From Octopus sinensis (Eukaryota), in assembly GCF_006345805.1 (NCBI RefSeq), contig NC_042998.1:187426001-187490000 (forward strand): 64,000 nt of DNA, in the 5' to 3' direction. Of the stretch, positions 51,370 through 64,000 are shown piece by piece. Both the position numbers and the translations under genes were made by a program. Position 1 is the stretch's first letter, and each line of letters opens with the position of its first letter. Under the pieces are notes generated by a model. It made no database searches. It saw only the letters and a list, made by a program, of their open reading frames with translations, and was not told the origin of the DNA.

Positions 51370-53470
51370 TTAGGAGACAATTGGAAGTTCCTGCAGGACA
51401 ATCTACTGAGGGCTACAGACAAAATCTGTGGTTGGTGCAGAGTCCCAGCTAGACCAAGGGTGACATGGTGGTGAAACAAGAAGGTAGGCAGTGCTATAAA
51501 AGCAAAGAGACAAGCATGGAAAAACTAGAAAAATGGTGGAAGAAGAGAATTATATCAGGTAGCCAAAAGGGCAGTTAGGGATCAGGTTTACATAGCAAAA
51601 AGAATAGCTGAAGGTAAGAGATTTGCAAATGTTCTACAGCATAAAGATCAGAGGCATGAGGTGTTCAAGATTGCAAAGCAGTGTATCAGAGAGAATAGAG
51701 ATGTGGTGGGTGAGAAATGTGTATGAATGAATAATTGCATTTAGTGATTCAGAGAAGAAAGATTCAAGGAAGTGTCACTATGAAAGATTACTAAGTGTGG
51801 AAAATGAATGGGAGAAGAAGAGTCTACCAAATATTGAACCAATTGAGGGACCAGAACTGATAGCAGCATAATAGATAATGAAAACAAGGAAAGTCCCTGA
51901 GTTATCAGGAATCACTGCTGAGATGGTTAAAATTTCTGGTGGTGTAGGATACAGCTTAGTCACCCATATAGTTAACCAGGTTATACAGGAAAGCACAATC
52001 CCCAATGACTGGTGTAGTAGTATTATAGTTAGCTGCTACAAGGGTAAAAGTGATGCCTTAGATAGAAACAACTACAGAGGTATTAAACTATTAGGCCAAG
52101 TCATGAAAGTTACTGAAAGGGTTATAGCTCAATTGATTAGGAACAGAATTAAACGAGATGAGATGCAGTTTGGTTTCGTACCTGGGAAGAGTACCACAGA
52201 TGGTATCTTCCTAGTGAGACAGCTGCTGGAAAAGTACTTGGCCAAAAGTAAGCCATTGCACTTAGCCTTCATCAACCTGGAGAAAGCTTTCAACAGAGTT
52301 CCCCACTCTGTTATATGGTGGTCTCTAAGGAAGTCAAGAGTAGAGGAGTGGCTTATTAGTTTTACTAGACATGTACAGTTGTGCTGTCAATAAGGTGAGA
52401 GTTGGCCATGAAAACAGTGATGAATTTTGTGTAAAAGTAGGGGGTTCACCAAGGCTTAGTTCCCAGCCCACTTTTATTCATTATAGTCCTACAGGCCATA
52501 AAGAGAGGAATTCAAAACTGGATGCCCATGGGATCTTCTATATGCTGATAATTGCTCTTATTGCAGAATCTTTAGCAGAAATGGAGAAGAAATTCCAGGT
52601 ATGGAAGCAAAACCAGGAATCAAAGGGCCTCAAAGTTAAACTAGCAAAGACCAAAGTTGTTAGTAAGAAAGAAGGTGCAATTCTCTCTCCGTCAAGTAAA
52701 TGGTCATGCTCAATATGTAGGAAAGGAGTTGGAAGAAATTCCATTCACTGCATCCAGTGTAAACTATGGACACATAAGAGGTGCAGTGGAATCACAGGTA
52801 GATTAACAGATAAAGTCGTCTTTGTACATGGCAGATGTGCAGGAACAATAAACACTAAAAGCACACAGGACTAGATTCTCTCAAATGCCCAGGAGGCTCT
52901 CTTGAGGTTGTAGATGGTTTCTGTTACCTAGATGACCAAATTAGCAATGATGGAGAATACTCTGACAGTATTGTTTCTAGAATAAGAATAGTGTGGCAGA
53001 AGTTCAGAGAGCTACTACCTCTGTTGGTAACAAAAGGACTCTGTCTCAGAGTGAAATGTAGACTTTATGATGTTTATGTACAAACGGCTATACTCCATGG
53101 CAGTGAGACATGGGCTCTGAATGCAGAAGGCATGTGTAGACTGGAGAGAAATGAAGGCAGTATGCTCCATTGGATTTGCAACATCAGTGTGCATGTTCGA
53201 CAAAGTGCAAATGTATTGAGAGAAAAGTTGGGCATAAGAGGAGTCAAATGTAGCATGCAAGAGAGAAGATTACGTTGGTTTGGACATGTGATGTGTATGA
53301 ATGAGGACAGCTACATAAAAACATGCCGTTCGCTGAAAGTGGCTGGTACCTGCAGAAGAGGGAGACTCAGGAAGACCGGGGTTGAAATGATAAGGACCAA
53401 CCTCAGGATATTGGGCCTCAAGGAGGAAGTGACAATGGATTGAGATGTCTGATGATATGAGGTTCTTGAG
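51370..53470 (+). mobile_element. Degenerate RTE-clade LINE ORF2
   Basis: ORFs 51878..52393 (NYRGIKLL, QFGFVPGKSTTD, LEKAFNRVP), 52371..52874, 52991..53443 (ERRLRWFGHV). Confidence 0.92.
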
Positions 53471-56285
53471 AAGATCCACCCACATCAGTGAAACTGAGTT
53501 CTAGAAGCACTGTGTATTCCACCCACACATAACAAGAAAACTTCTCACACAACAAACACCTACCACAACAAACCAAACTACATCTCTTCTCTTCCTCACA
53601 TTTCCACTTCATGCACTATGCCTAACTAGTCCCCAAACTAGTCCACAACCCTGACCCTGCTAGTCCCCAAACTGTGTTCCACCACATGGAACAAGAAACC
53701 TTTTCATACACCTTACCCCAACAAACCAATCTACATCTCTGCATCTCTTCTCTTCCTCACATTTCCTCCTTCATGCACTATGCCTAACTCTCACTCCCCA
53801 AACCTGTCCTCATGGCCCTACTTCTCTGTATCATTGCTATCTGGTAGCCCCCTTGCCACTTTATACACCCAACTTTTCACCACTCACTTCCCAACCCCAC
53901 TCTCTAATCACGTTTCTTTGGCAATATCCTGCCACTTACATTACGACCTTCGAACCTCAAGGGTATGCCGTCACTTGCCACCATCTATATCTCTCTCTGC
54001 CTTTACTTGACCATCCCATTTATAATCTGATTCCCAGCCCTTGTGAGCATGCCCAGCACTGTCACCATCTCTATCCTAATGTCTCTCACTCTCTCTTTCC
54101 CTCTCTTGCACTTCCCTCAGGTTGGGTAACTATGTATCTCCTTTGCAGCAGCACACCTGTTTCTGTCCTCATTCCTGATCTCTCTCTCTCTGGCTGGGTA
54201 ACCTTGTACCTCCTTTACAACAAGACATCTGTTTTGGTCCCTGCCTCACTAAAACCTTTCATCATTTGACACAAGATCACCTCTTCCAATGCTCCAATGC
54301 TCTCAAAAGATTTTAGTCTTGCAGGTTACTTGGTGACTCTAGCAGTGCAGGTGCCACTTAAAAAGCATCCAATCCACACTGTAAAGTGGTTGACATTTGG
54401 GAGAGCATCCAGTTGTAAAACCCCAGCCAAAACTGACCTCACCTGTGCTTGTGCCACGTAAAAAGCACTAAGTCCACTATGCTGGGTGATTGGTTTTAGG
54501 AAGGGCATTCAGCTATAAAAATCCTGTCAAAAGAGTCACAGAAGTCAAGTGCAGACTTTTGCCTAGCCGGCTCCTATCACGCCATCCCACCCATGCCACC
54601 ATGGAAGTCAGACGTTAAATGATGATGATGATATATACGACAGGCTTTCAGTTTCCAAATCCACTCACAAAGCTTTGATTGGCCTAAGGCTATAGTAGAA
54701 GACACTTGCCCGATGTGCCTCACACTGGAACTGAACCTGGGACCATATGGTTGGAAAGCAAGCTTCTTACCACAGAAGCCATATATGGTTGTAGAGGACG
54801 CATGAACGCTTGTGAACTTTAGCTGCCCACATTGTAGCTTTTTACTTTTGACTGCCCATTTTGGTTCACTGCATCATGGTTGGATCCATTAAATTTTATT
54901 TGGGCTGCTAACATCTTTAATGTGATGGACTGACCTGACATTTGTTCGTCACTTATAAAATGGGAAGTTCTGGCTCGTTAAGTCCCTAGTGGGGAGAGTT
55001 ATGTTACGAGCGACCAGGGGCTTTGACTTGAAAACAATTTTGATTTCAGTATGCAGTTTAAACAGATTTCAAGCCAGAATCTTTGAAGTTAAGCTTAGCA
55101 TTCCGGCACAACTACAGATTTCTATCCCCCACTCCCGACTTTGGATGATCACAACTTTCAGAAATTTTAATGAAATTTTCTACGAATATGTGTTATATCA
55201 TGTAGATTCCGAATATACAAAATGTAGGAGGGGGAATTTCAGAAAATTCACCAGAGTCCACTTCAATTCGTTTTAACTTTCAGGAAAATGGATATCCTTT
55301 TAATGAAATTCTCTACAAATATACCTTGGACTATGTAGATTCTAAGGACATACGAATTTTGAGGGAAAACAATTGGGGGATGTTTCGGAACAAGTTGTTC
55401 ATAGCTGTTTCATTTTCTTCGTTTTGTGTGTTTGTGCATACATAAATTTCTTTGACACACACACGGGGAATTATTCCATTCAATATCATGTTTATTATAG
55501 AGATTATGTAACAGATTATACTTTACACTTCTATATTTAACTGTGCGTGTATATTCCTTATTTTTGCATCTGGTGTTTTCTGCTTTCCTATTAGAAATGT
55601 TGGTTAATGTTTAGTTTACAACTTGACCCGGAAACGAAAATTAGAAAAAATAGTGCAATGGGTGTAAAAAAAATGTGTAGAAAACAAGTATGAAAAAAAA
55701 ATGCACGCAAAGCAATGGAAAGGTGGAGAGATAAATATTCACAAAATCCGAGCTTTTCCCTCGTAACCTTTAGGAAAATGGGGGTTTTCTCAATGAAATT
55801 TTTATAGAAATACCTTTCAAATGGCATACATTACAAGTATAAAGAAATTTGTGGGGAAAATCTTTTCCAAGAGGGTGGGGAGAGAACTTCGGAAAATTCA
55901 CAAAATCCAAGTGTTTCCCTCATAACTTTTAGGAAAATGGGTTTTTTTCAATGAAATTTTATATAAATACTTTTGAAACAGCATACATTACGATTATAAA
56001 GCAATTTATGGGGAAAATTTTGAGGTGGGGAGAGGACTTTCAGAAAATTCCCAAGATCCGAATTTTTCCTTGTTATATTCTGAAACCACATTCAACTTTC
56101 TACAGATACACTAATGTAGTACTACTACACTACATAGTGTTTATTTCTACCCACTTTCAATAATTTTCAGTGTTTTGGCTTCAATTTTGTTTCATTTTCA
56201 ATTATTTTTACCCTTTGTTGTTATTCTCATTCACTCATTATTACTTTCTCTCACTCTCTATCTATGTACATAGAAAGATAGATAC

Positions 56286-56316
<31 letters not shown>

Positions 56317-56317
<1 letters not shown>

Positions 56318-57007
56318 CTCTCTTTCTCTTTTACTCCTTTACTTGTTTCAGTCATTTGACTGCGGCCATGCTGGAGCACCGCCTTTAATCGAGCAACTCG
56401 ACCCCGGGACTTATTCTTTGTAAGCCTGGTACTTATTCTATCGGTCTCTTTTGCTGAACTGCTAAGTGACGGGGACATAAACACACCAGCATCGGTTGTC
56501 AAGCAATGCTAGGGGGACAAACACAGACACACAAACATACACGTATACAAGCATTTATACATACATATATACGACGGGCTTCTTTCAGTTTCCATCTACC
56601 AAATCCACTCACAAGGCTTTGGTCGGCCCGAGGCTATAGAAGAAGACACTTGCCCAAGGTGCCATGCAGTGGGACTGAACCCAGAACCATGTGGTTGGTA
56701 AACAAGCTACTTACCACACAGCCACATACATACATACACACACATATATATATATTACATACATATATATACATACATACATATATATACATAATATATA
56801 TACATACATATACATATATATACATACATATATATATACATACATATATATTACATACATATATATATATATATATATATTATATACATATACATATATA
56901 TATACATAATATATATACATATACATATATATATACATATATATATATATAATATATATATACATATATATATATATATACATAATATATATATATATAT
57001 ATATACA

Positions 57008-57045
<38 letters not shown>

Positions 57046-57510
57046 TATATACATATATAATATATATACTCTCTTTCTCTTTTACTCCTTTACTTGTTTC
57101 AGTCATTTGACTGCAGCCATGCTGGAGCACCGCCTTTAATCGAGCAACTCGACCCCGGGACTTATTCTTTGTAAGCCTGGTACTTATTCTATCGGTCTTT
57201 TGCTGAACTGCTAAGTGACGGGGACATAAACACACCAGCATCGGTTGTCAAGCAATGCTAGGGGGACAAACACAGACACACAAACATACACGTATACAAG
57301 CATTTATATACATATATACGACGGGCTTCTTTCAGTTTCCATCTACCAAATCCACTCACAAGGCTTTGGTCGGCCCGAGGCTATAGAAGAAGACACTTGC
57401 CCAAGGTGCCATGCAGTGGGACTGAACCCAGAACCATGTGGTTGGTAAACAAGCTACTTACCACACAGCCACATACATACATACACACACATATATATAT
57501 ATACATACAT
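56317..57510. repeat. Tandem duplication (751-bp period) of a SINE plus TA microsatellite
   Basis: Near-identical SINE copies starting at 56317 and 57068, sharing flanks and private variants. Confidence 0.9.
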
Positions 57511-57516
57511 ATATAC

Positions 57517-57557
<41 letters not shown>

Positions 57558-57558
57558 C

Positions 57559-57603
<45 letters not shown>

Positions 57604-57753
57604 CATATATATACATATATATATATACATATAATATACATATATTATACATATATATATACATATACATATATATATACATATATATATACATATATAT
57701 ATACATATATATATATATATATTATATATATATATATATATTATATACATATA

Positions 57754-57789
<36 letters not shown>

Positions 57790-57792
57790 CAC

Positions 57793-57841
<49 letters not shown>

Positions 57842-57849
57842 CATATAAT

Positions 57850-57909
<60 letters not shown>

Positions 57910-57917
57910 ATATATAC

Positions 57918-57962
<45 letters not shown>
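57450..57962. repeat. Compound (TA)n/(TACA)n microsatellite
   Basis: Directly visible; similar tracts at 7220-7480, 46150-46225 and 56730-57065. Confidence 0.97.
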
Positions 57963-57966
<4 letters not shown>

Positions 57967-59039
57967 GAAATACTACATTTCTAAATCTCTCCGAAAGATT
58001 TATATAGTAGCAGCATGATAAAGTGATGGCATGTTGTCAACTTAATGTGACAGTCCCATGAAAGGGAAGAATGCTACTGCTATTTAGCCCTAGGAAAAAC
58101 CGTTTCCTGTTGGCCTTGACACATTCCCTGTGTCCTTATGTTTACAAAGGGGAGATGAGCACCTCCACCCAGCAAAACCAGCAATCAGAGACTAGTTTCA
58201 GAGTCTTGCTCATCATTAGTCAGGAGTAGCATGGCTTGCTAGCTGTCGATGCCTATCTGCCTTTGTAAACATATATATACACACCACACACACAAACATA
58301 TATATACACAAACATATACATACACAAACACATACATACACATATATACACACACACATACACATGCATGCACGCACACACATATATAGTTATGAGTGAA
58401 AAACTTGGATCTTGTGAATTTTCTGAAGTCCTCTTCCTACCCTTTGGAAATGATTTCCCTCACAAATTTCTTTATAATCGTAATGTATGCCATTTGAAAG
58501 GTATTTCTAAAAAATTTCATTGAAAAGAAAGCCTATTTTCCTCAAATTTAAAAAGGAAAAACTCGGATTTTCTGAATTTTCCGAGGTCCCCTCCCCACCC
58601 ACCTGTTGATTTGCACGCATTTTTTTTTCCTATTCGTTTCCTATAATTTATTTTACACCCATTCCAGTATCTTTTTTAGATTTTTATTTCCTGGTCAAGA
58701 TGTAAACATTAACCGAAACATTTACCTGGGAATTTACTTGGAGTAAAAAAAAAAAAACCGTATGCAACAGATATGTCGTCATAACATATTTCTGTGTACC
58801 AGACCTTTAGCTGTTGTTTTTAGCAGAACGAGTTTTCTGGTGAGGGCTTCATTGCCTGTTGCGTCAGTAGAAAACTACGGATGCACAAACGGAGAAAAAG
58901 AAACAAATATGGACAACTTGTTCTGAAACACCCCCGAACGAGGAACAGTTCTCAAAAATAACACCCCCCCCCCATTGTTTTACCCCAAAGTTCGTATGTC
59001 CTCGAAATCTACATAGTCCGAGGTATATTTGTAGAGAAT

Positions 59040-59400
59040 TTCGTTAAAATATATCCGTTTCCCTGGAAGTTAAGACGAATTGAAGTGGACTCCGGTGTAT
59101 TTTCCAAAAATTCCACCACCACACCCCTCCTAAAACACTTTCCCACCAAAAGTTTTATATATTCGGAATCTACATCATGTAACACATATTCGTAGAAAAT
59201 TTTCATCAAAAAATATCCATTTTCCTGAAAGTTAAGACGAATCGAAGAGAACTCCGGTGAATTTTCCAAATATTCCACCACCACACCCCTCCTAAGACAC
59301 TTTCCCACCAAAAGTTTTATATATTCGGAATCTACATGATGTAACACATATTCGTAGAAAATTTTCATTAAAAAATATCCATTTTTCTGAAAGTTATGAT
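59040..59400. repeat. 162-bp tandem repeat (about 2.2 copies)
   Basis: attcggaatctacat at 59161 and 59323; 54-aa periodicity in ORF 59009..59407. Confidence 0.9.
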
Positions 59401-59979
59401 CATCCAAAGTCGGTGGGGGTACAAATCTGTAGTTATGCCAGCATTTCTACCAACCTTTGGTAGAATTATTGACACTGTATTCAGGGGGCGGAGGTAAAGA
59501 ATACGCACACCACCCGTTTTCGGCGTTAACCCTAAAACACTAGGTGTGCGTATTCTTCGCCTTATTCAGGTTTTTCTTTCTACATTTTGATGAACATTTA
59601 AATATTTATAATGTTTTAGCAATTTGAAATGTCTTACCAGTCTACTTTATAAAATTTCTGCAGTTGTAATTGATGTTTTTTTCTTGCGGGTCTGAAAAAT
59701 TCATTGAACAGACCTCACTGCAAATTCATATACTTCCACATATATATATATCATACTGCTTTTAAAGTGGTGTGAAACCCGCCGTGATTTAAAATAACGA
59801 GGCTCTGGAAATCTTTACAGAAATATCCAACCAACTTTAAAACTTTCTGAAGAAGAAGAAGAAGGAGAAAAAATTTGTCCATCTCCCAACACAGCACCAT
59901 GTTCAATCTCAATATTTTGCTATCACTTCAGTGACGCATATGAAGGCCTTTTTTTAACTGTTGCTGTTTAAAAAATCGA

Positions 59980-60812
59980 TAATGTTTATCAAATTCTGGT
60001 CTACATGCTATAATATCATTATCTGGCATATTATAAAACAAATTTCCATTCAGAAAACTCTTTTTCAAGAGTGTATTCGCCGTTTTTTTTCGGGTACAAG
60101 CCATCGACTGCGAGAAGACAGCTGCACATAGCTTTACCTCCTTCTACTACTCCAGCGTCTTTTTGAGAACGTCATTTATACCCGTCCATATCGTGTGCTA
60201 GAAATAGCAGCTAAATCAAGCAAACTCGTAATTTTCTTGATAACCTAAACATCACGGTAATGTTTATCAAATTCTGGTCTACATGCTATAATATCATTAT
60301 CTGGCATATTATAAAACAAATTTCCATTCAGAAAACTCTTTTTCAAGAGTGTATTCGCCGTTTTTTTTCGGGTACAAGCCATCGACTGCGAGAAGACAGC
60401 TGCACATAGCTTTACCTCCTTCTACTACTCCAGCGTCTTTTTGAGAACGTCATTTATACCCGTCCATATCGTGTGCTAGAAATAGCAGCTAAATCAAGCA
60501 AACTCGTAATTTTCTTGATAACCTAAACATCACGGTAATGTTTATCAAATTCTGGTCTACATGCTATAATATCATTATCTGGCATATTATAAAACAAATT
60601 TCCATTCAGAAAACTCTTTTTCAAGAGTGTATTCGCCGTTTTTTTTCGGGTACAAGCCATCGACTGCGAGAAGACAGCTGTTCATAGCTTTACCTCCTTC
60701 TACTACTCCAGCGTCTTTTTGAGAACGTCATTTATACCGTCCATGTCGTGTGCTAGAAATAGCAGCTAAATCAAGCCACTCGTAATTTTCTTGTTAACCT
60801 AAAAAACATCAT
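59980..60812. repeat. Three tandem copies of a 278-bp unit
   Basis: Unit starts taatgtttatcaaattctgg at 59980, 60258 and 60536. Confidence 0.95.
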
Positions 60813-62223
60813 GTAAAGTTTTCTAGTTTCATCAATTGCTGCTGAAAATCATTATCTTATAGATTCAAGTTTCCATTTCTTTTGTTTCTTCGTTTAATGG
60901 TGATTCTGAAATATGCTGCACACAGCTAGAAACAAATTACGCCGCGAATAATATAAATTCGGATGTCGTCAAACAATCAGGCGAAGAAGGTATAACGCGT
61001 GCCCACCACCCATTTCCGCTTTGCTTTTTAATTTTTTTTTTATTCAAAAATTTCTGTTTTCGATATAGGAAAATAGGATTTTGCCCAGAAATCACGTTTT
61101 CAAAATTTTAATTTCCCCACCACCACCACCCCAATTTCTTAATTTTTAACTTTCCCATTTTATTTATTTATTTTATTTTTTGGAAATCCACATAGAAAAT
61201 TACAGAGATTACGAATCTGAGAATTTTTTTTCTTTTAAAATTTTAATTTTTCTTAAAAAAAACACTTGCTCCCCCCATTCCCCCACCTTGCCCACCCATC
61301 ACCTCCCCACTTTCGAAAAGCTTAAAAACGCTGAACGTTTCACTTTCGTCTGGTGTTTCACGCATGCGTAGAATTCTACTGAAATAGCAGACGTCAAAAT
61401 TATCAGACCACCACCAGCAAATCCGACATGCTAGAAACAACAGCTAGACGACATTTCTGAAAAAGCTTCCCCCGCTTTCAAAATATTCGGAGTTTTTAGC
61501 TTTTTGAAAGTGGGGAGGTGACGGGTGAAGGTTGGGGAAGGGGATTTGAGCATTTCTTGAAGAAAAATTTAAAAACAAATTTTTAAAGATTCATAATCTC
61601 TATTTTTCTACATGGATTACAAAACAAAATTTTGTAAAAAGTTAAAAATTTAAAAATTGAGGTGGGAAGGGGGAAAATTAAAATTTTGAGAACATTTTTT
61701 TGAGCAAAATCTTAATCTCCTATATGGAAAACATTGGAATCTGAAGAAATTTTTTTAATCATTTTTGTGACAACACAGTGCCTCGATGCGTTCTAATGAA
61801 ATAGTGAAAGAGATAATGCTGTTCTCTCTTTGGAAGAGAAATTCATTTGACATCTGCGCCCCTCTCACCTTTTGTTTTTCAAAAATGTCTTGGGATTCCT
61901 ATGTTTTCGATATAGATTAGGATTTTGCCCCAAAAACATGTTCTCCCACTCCACTTGACTGCTTCTGTTTTTTTTTTCTGCTTTTCTATCAACACCAAAA
62001 TTAATTCCTCTTCCAAAGAGAGAGTGGTATTATCTCTTTCATTTACTTCTTTCATTAGAATGTATCGAAACAAAATGTTGTCCCAAAAATGTTAAAACTT
62101 TACTAACTTGATCGATCTGTGACTAAACCTGTATTTAATTTCATTTTATACACACTTTGCTATCAGTTATATAGATAATTGCTAACATGGTCTGTAAAGA
62201 TAACTGCTTCTTCTTCTTCTTCT

Positions 62224-63831
62224 GCAGGGGAGCATTGGGCCTTTTCAATCAGGGTAGCCCTTTGCCAAGGTAAGGGAAAAGCAGCTGCTATTTTTAGCAT
62301 TCAGGTCGGGCAACGTGGAAGGGTGCGTTACCGCCGGAAAGGTCTGCGTCGACAAAGAGAAGGTAGGTGTCTTTATTTCAAATCTCCCGCATACACCACA
62401 AGCTATTTCGGCACTCCATATAAGACGTCACCACGATGGCAGCTAAGATCAGGATTGCCAGCAACGTTATTAGATCCTTTAATGGTGAGGGCGATGTAGT
62501 GGCCTGGATGTGTAAAATCAGGCTTGTGGCGAGACTGCAAGGGGTTAGTGACGTGGCGAGCCTTATACTTGGAAGCATGGGGGCGTCGTGCACTGTGAGT
62601 CAGGATCGCCAGAGAGAGCAGAGCCCCGCGAAGGACTGCGCCACTTACACCATTGAGGACAAAGATTTTCAGGTGGCGTTCGATGGTCTGCGGTGGACAA
62701 TAGAGTGGCAATGGAAGGACGAGCCCCCGATGCTGAAAAACAGGGTGAGCTACTACCAGCATACCCTGAAAGGTCACGCGATACATTACATGTGTGGCAA
62801 GACATTACATGTGTGGAGACAGTCGACCAAGGCAGTGACGATTGTCGACTTGAAACCGGCATACTTGCAGCTCCATGTGAGCGACAAGCTGTGGCGATAT
62901 CAGCTGGATGAGATTGCACAGATTTTGAATGGGATATTTTAGAGAGGGGTCCCATGGAAGAACTGGTAGTGGACAACAGGGCGGCATTTCGTTTGGAAGC
63001 GTTGAGGGATATGCTCGACTGGTGGAAAGTGCATTGCTTGTTCAGAGCAGCGTATAGGCCGAGCGGTAATGGAATCGTAGAGAGGCACCATCGGACAGTC
63101 AAAGCCATAGCGGAAAGAGGGCACATTTCGCCACTGGAAGAAGTTTTCTGGTACAACATATCTCCCTGATCCAGACAACCTGAAGAATCTGTGCTGCACA
63201 GAGCGGTATTTAAATATGAATAGAGGCATCCAAGTAAAGCGCCGGAGTTCCACGAGGAAGAGAAGGTGGAGGAAGTCTGGGTTAAGTCACCGAAGGCGCA
63301 CTGTACGTCTCAATGGAGCAGAGGAACAGTGACGGTGGTCAATTCCAGAAACAACGTCTCCATGGATGGAATGTCGCAACATGTCTTGGGCCTTCGCAGG
63401 ATTGTTGCTTCGTCGGATGACGATTGTGGAGAGGAGGAGAACGATGTGCCTAGCCTGAGAAAGTCTCAATGCGCAAGGCGCCCTCCCAGTTAGATGGTGG
63501 ACTTCGATGTGGAGTAGAGAGAATGTGATCTTTAAGATCAGGGTGGCGTGCGGGATGACGTCAGCAGCTGGGGAGCTGACCGGAACTTGGGGCTGACCGG
63601 AAGAGGAAGGGGCAGAAGTGACACACGCGCAGGTAGGGGAGCATTGGGCATTTTCAATCAGGGTAGCCGACAGAGTTGGATGTGTGAGCGCTTTGTCAAG
63701 GTAAAGGAAAAGCAGCTGCTATTTTTAGTGTTCGGATCGGGCCACGTGAAAGGGTGCATTACCCCTGGGGAGGTCTGCGTCGATGAAGAGAAAGTAGGTG
63801 TCTTTATTTCAAATTTCCCGTATACACCACA
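62224..63831 (+). mobile_element. Internally deleted Gypsy-type LTR retrotransposon
   Basis: 5' LTR remnant 62224-62400; 3' LTR 63524-63831 (TG...CA) after purine tract ggagtagagagaa; pieces of gag (FNGEGDVVAWM), RT (IVDLKPAYLQ) and integrase (VVDN...YRPSGNGIVERHHRTVK). Confidence 0.88.
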
Positions 63832-64000
63832 CAGGCAGTTAATCATTCGCCAATTTGCACCTACAGAAAACAGTTGTTCACTTTAGACATCAATCTTCGA
63901 AGACCTTTTATATAGGTATTTATTATTGCTGATCTGCCATAGCCAATTCTTGATGCTGACTTTTTTGCATCATTTTTATTTAATAGTTGATTTAAGGAAT

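Noticed and set aside
56506-57921. Many long Tyr/Ile/His/Thr-rich ORFs (also 7215-7499)
   Set aside because: Translations of TA/TACA microsatellites.
59009-59407. 132-aa ORF with internal repeat
   Set aside because: Arises from a 162-bp (multiple of 3) tandem unit in a dispersed repeat; the inverted homologue at 55130-55330 is not open in the same way.

Overview
AT-rich, repeat-dense eukaryotic DNA, most likely an octopod cephalopod (octopus-type tRNA-derived SINEs, RTE/CR1/R4 LINEs, and a NUMT with the trnY-W-Q-G order). The ORF track is mostly noise from SINEs, LINEs and microsatellites. Reading splice sites by hand on the minus strand gives one multi-exon gene over about 41.2 kb to below 1.6 kb. 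Its exons are: signal peptide (41181-41128), Ser/Thr-rich N-glycosylated stalk with an RVKR furin-type site (37425-36960), four phase 1-1 six-cysteine EB/EGF-like exons (28922-28800, 20837-20715, 15775-15653, 13326-13198), transmembrane (10395-10302), two juxtamembrane exons, and the first two exons of a protein tyrosine phosphatase domain. These join into a stop-free 481-codon frame that continues past the window start. The result is a receptor-type PTP with an R3/PTP10D-like cytoplasmic part but no FN3/Ig exon found. Part of the ectodomain region is duplicated in circularly permuted order (about 11.3-21.7 kb versus 26.5-37.4 kb). The duplicated exons differ almost only at non-synonymous sites while flanking introns are about 95-98% identical (hand counts), and the duplicated stalk exon is disrupted by a CR1-type LINE and a 14-bp deletion. 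Other content: a four-tRNA NUMT inside a Helitron, a mariner, a collapsed Gypsy element, Penelope-like remnants with hammerhead-like motifs, piggyBac-type MITEs, long inverted repeats and tandem repeats. All alignments and counts were done by eye; no database searches were run.
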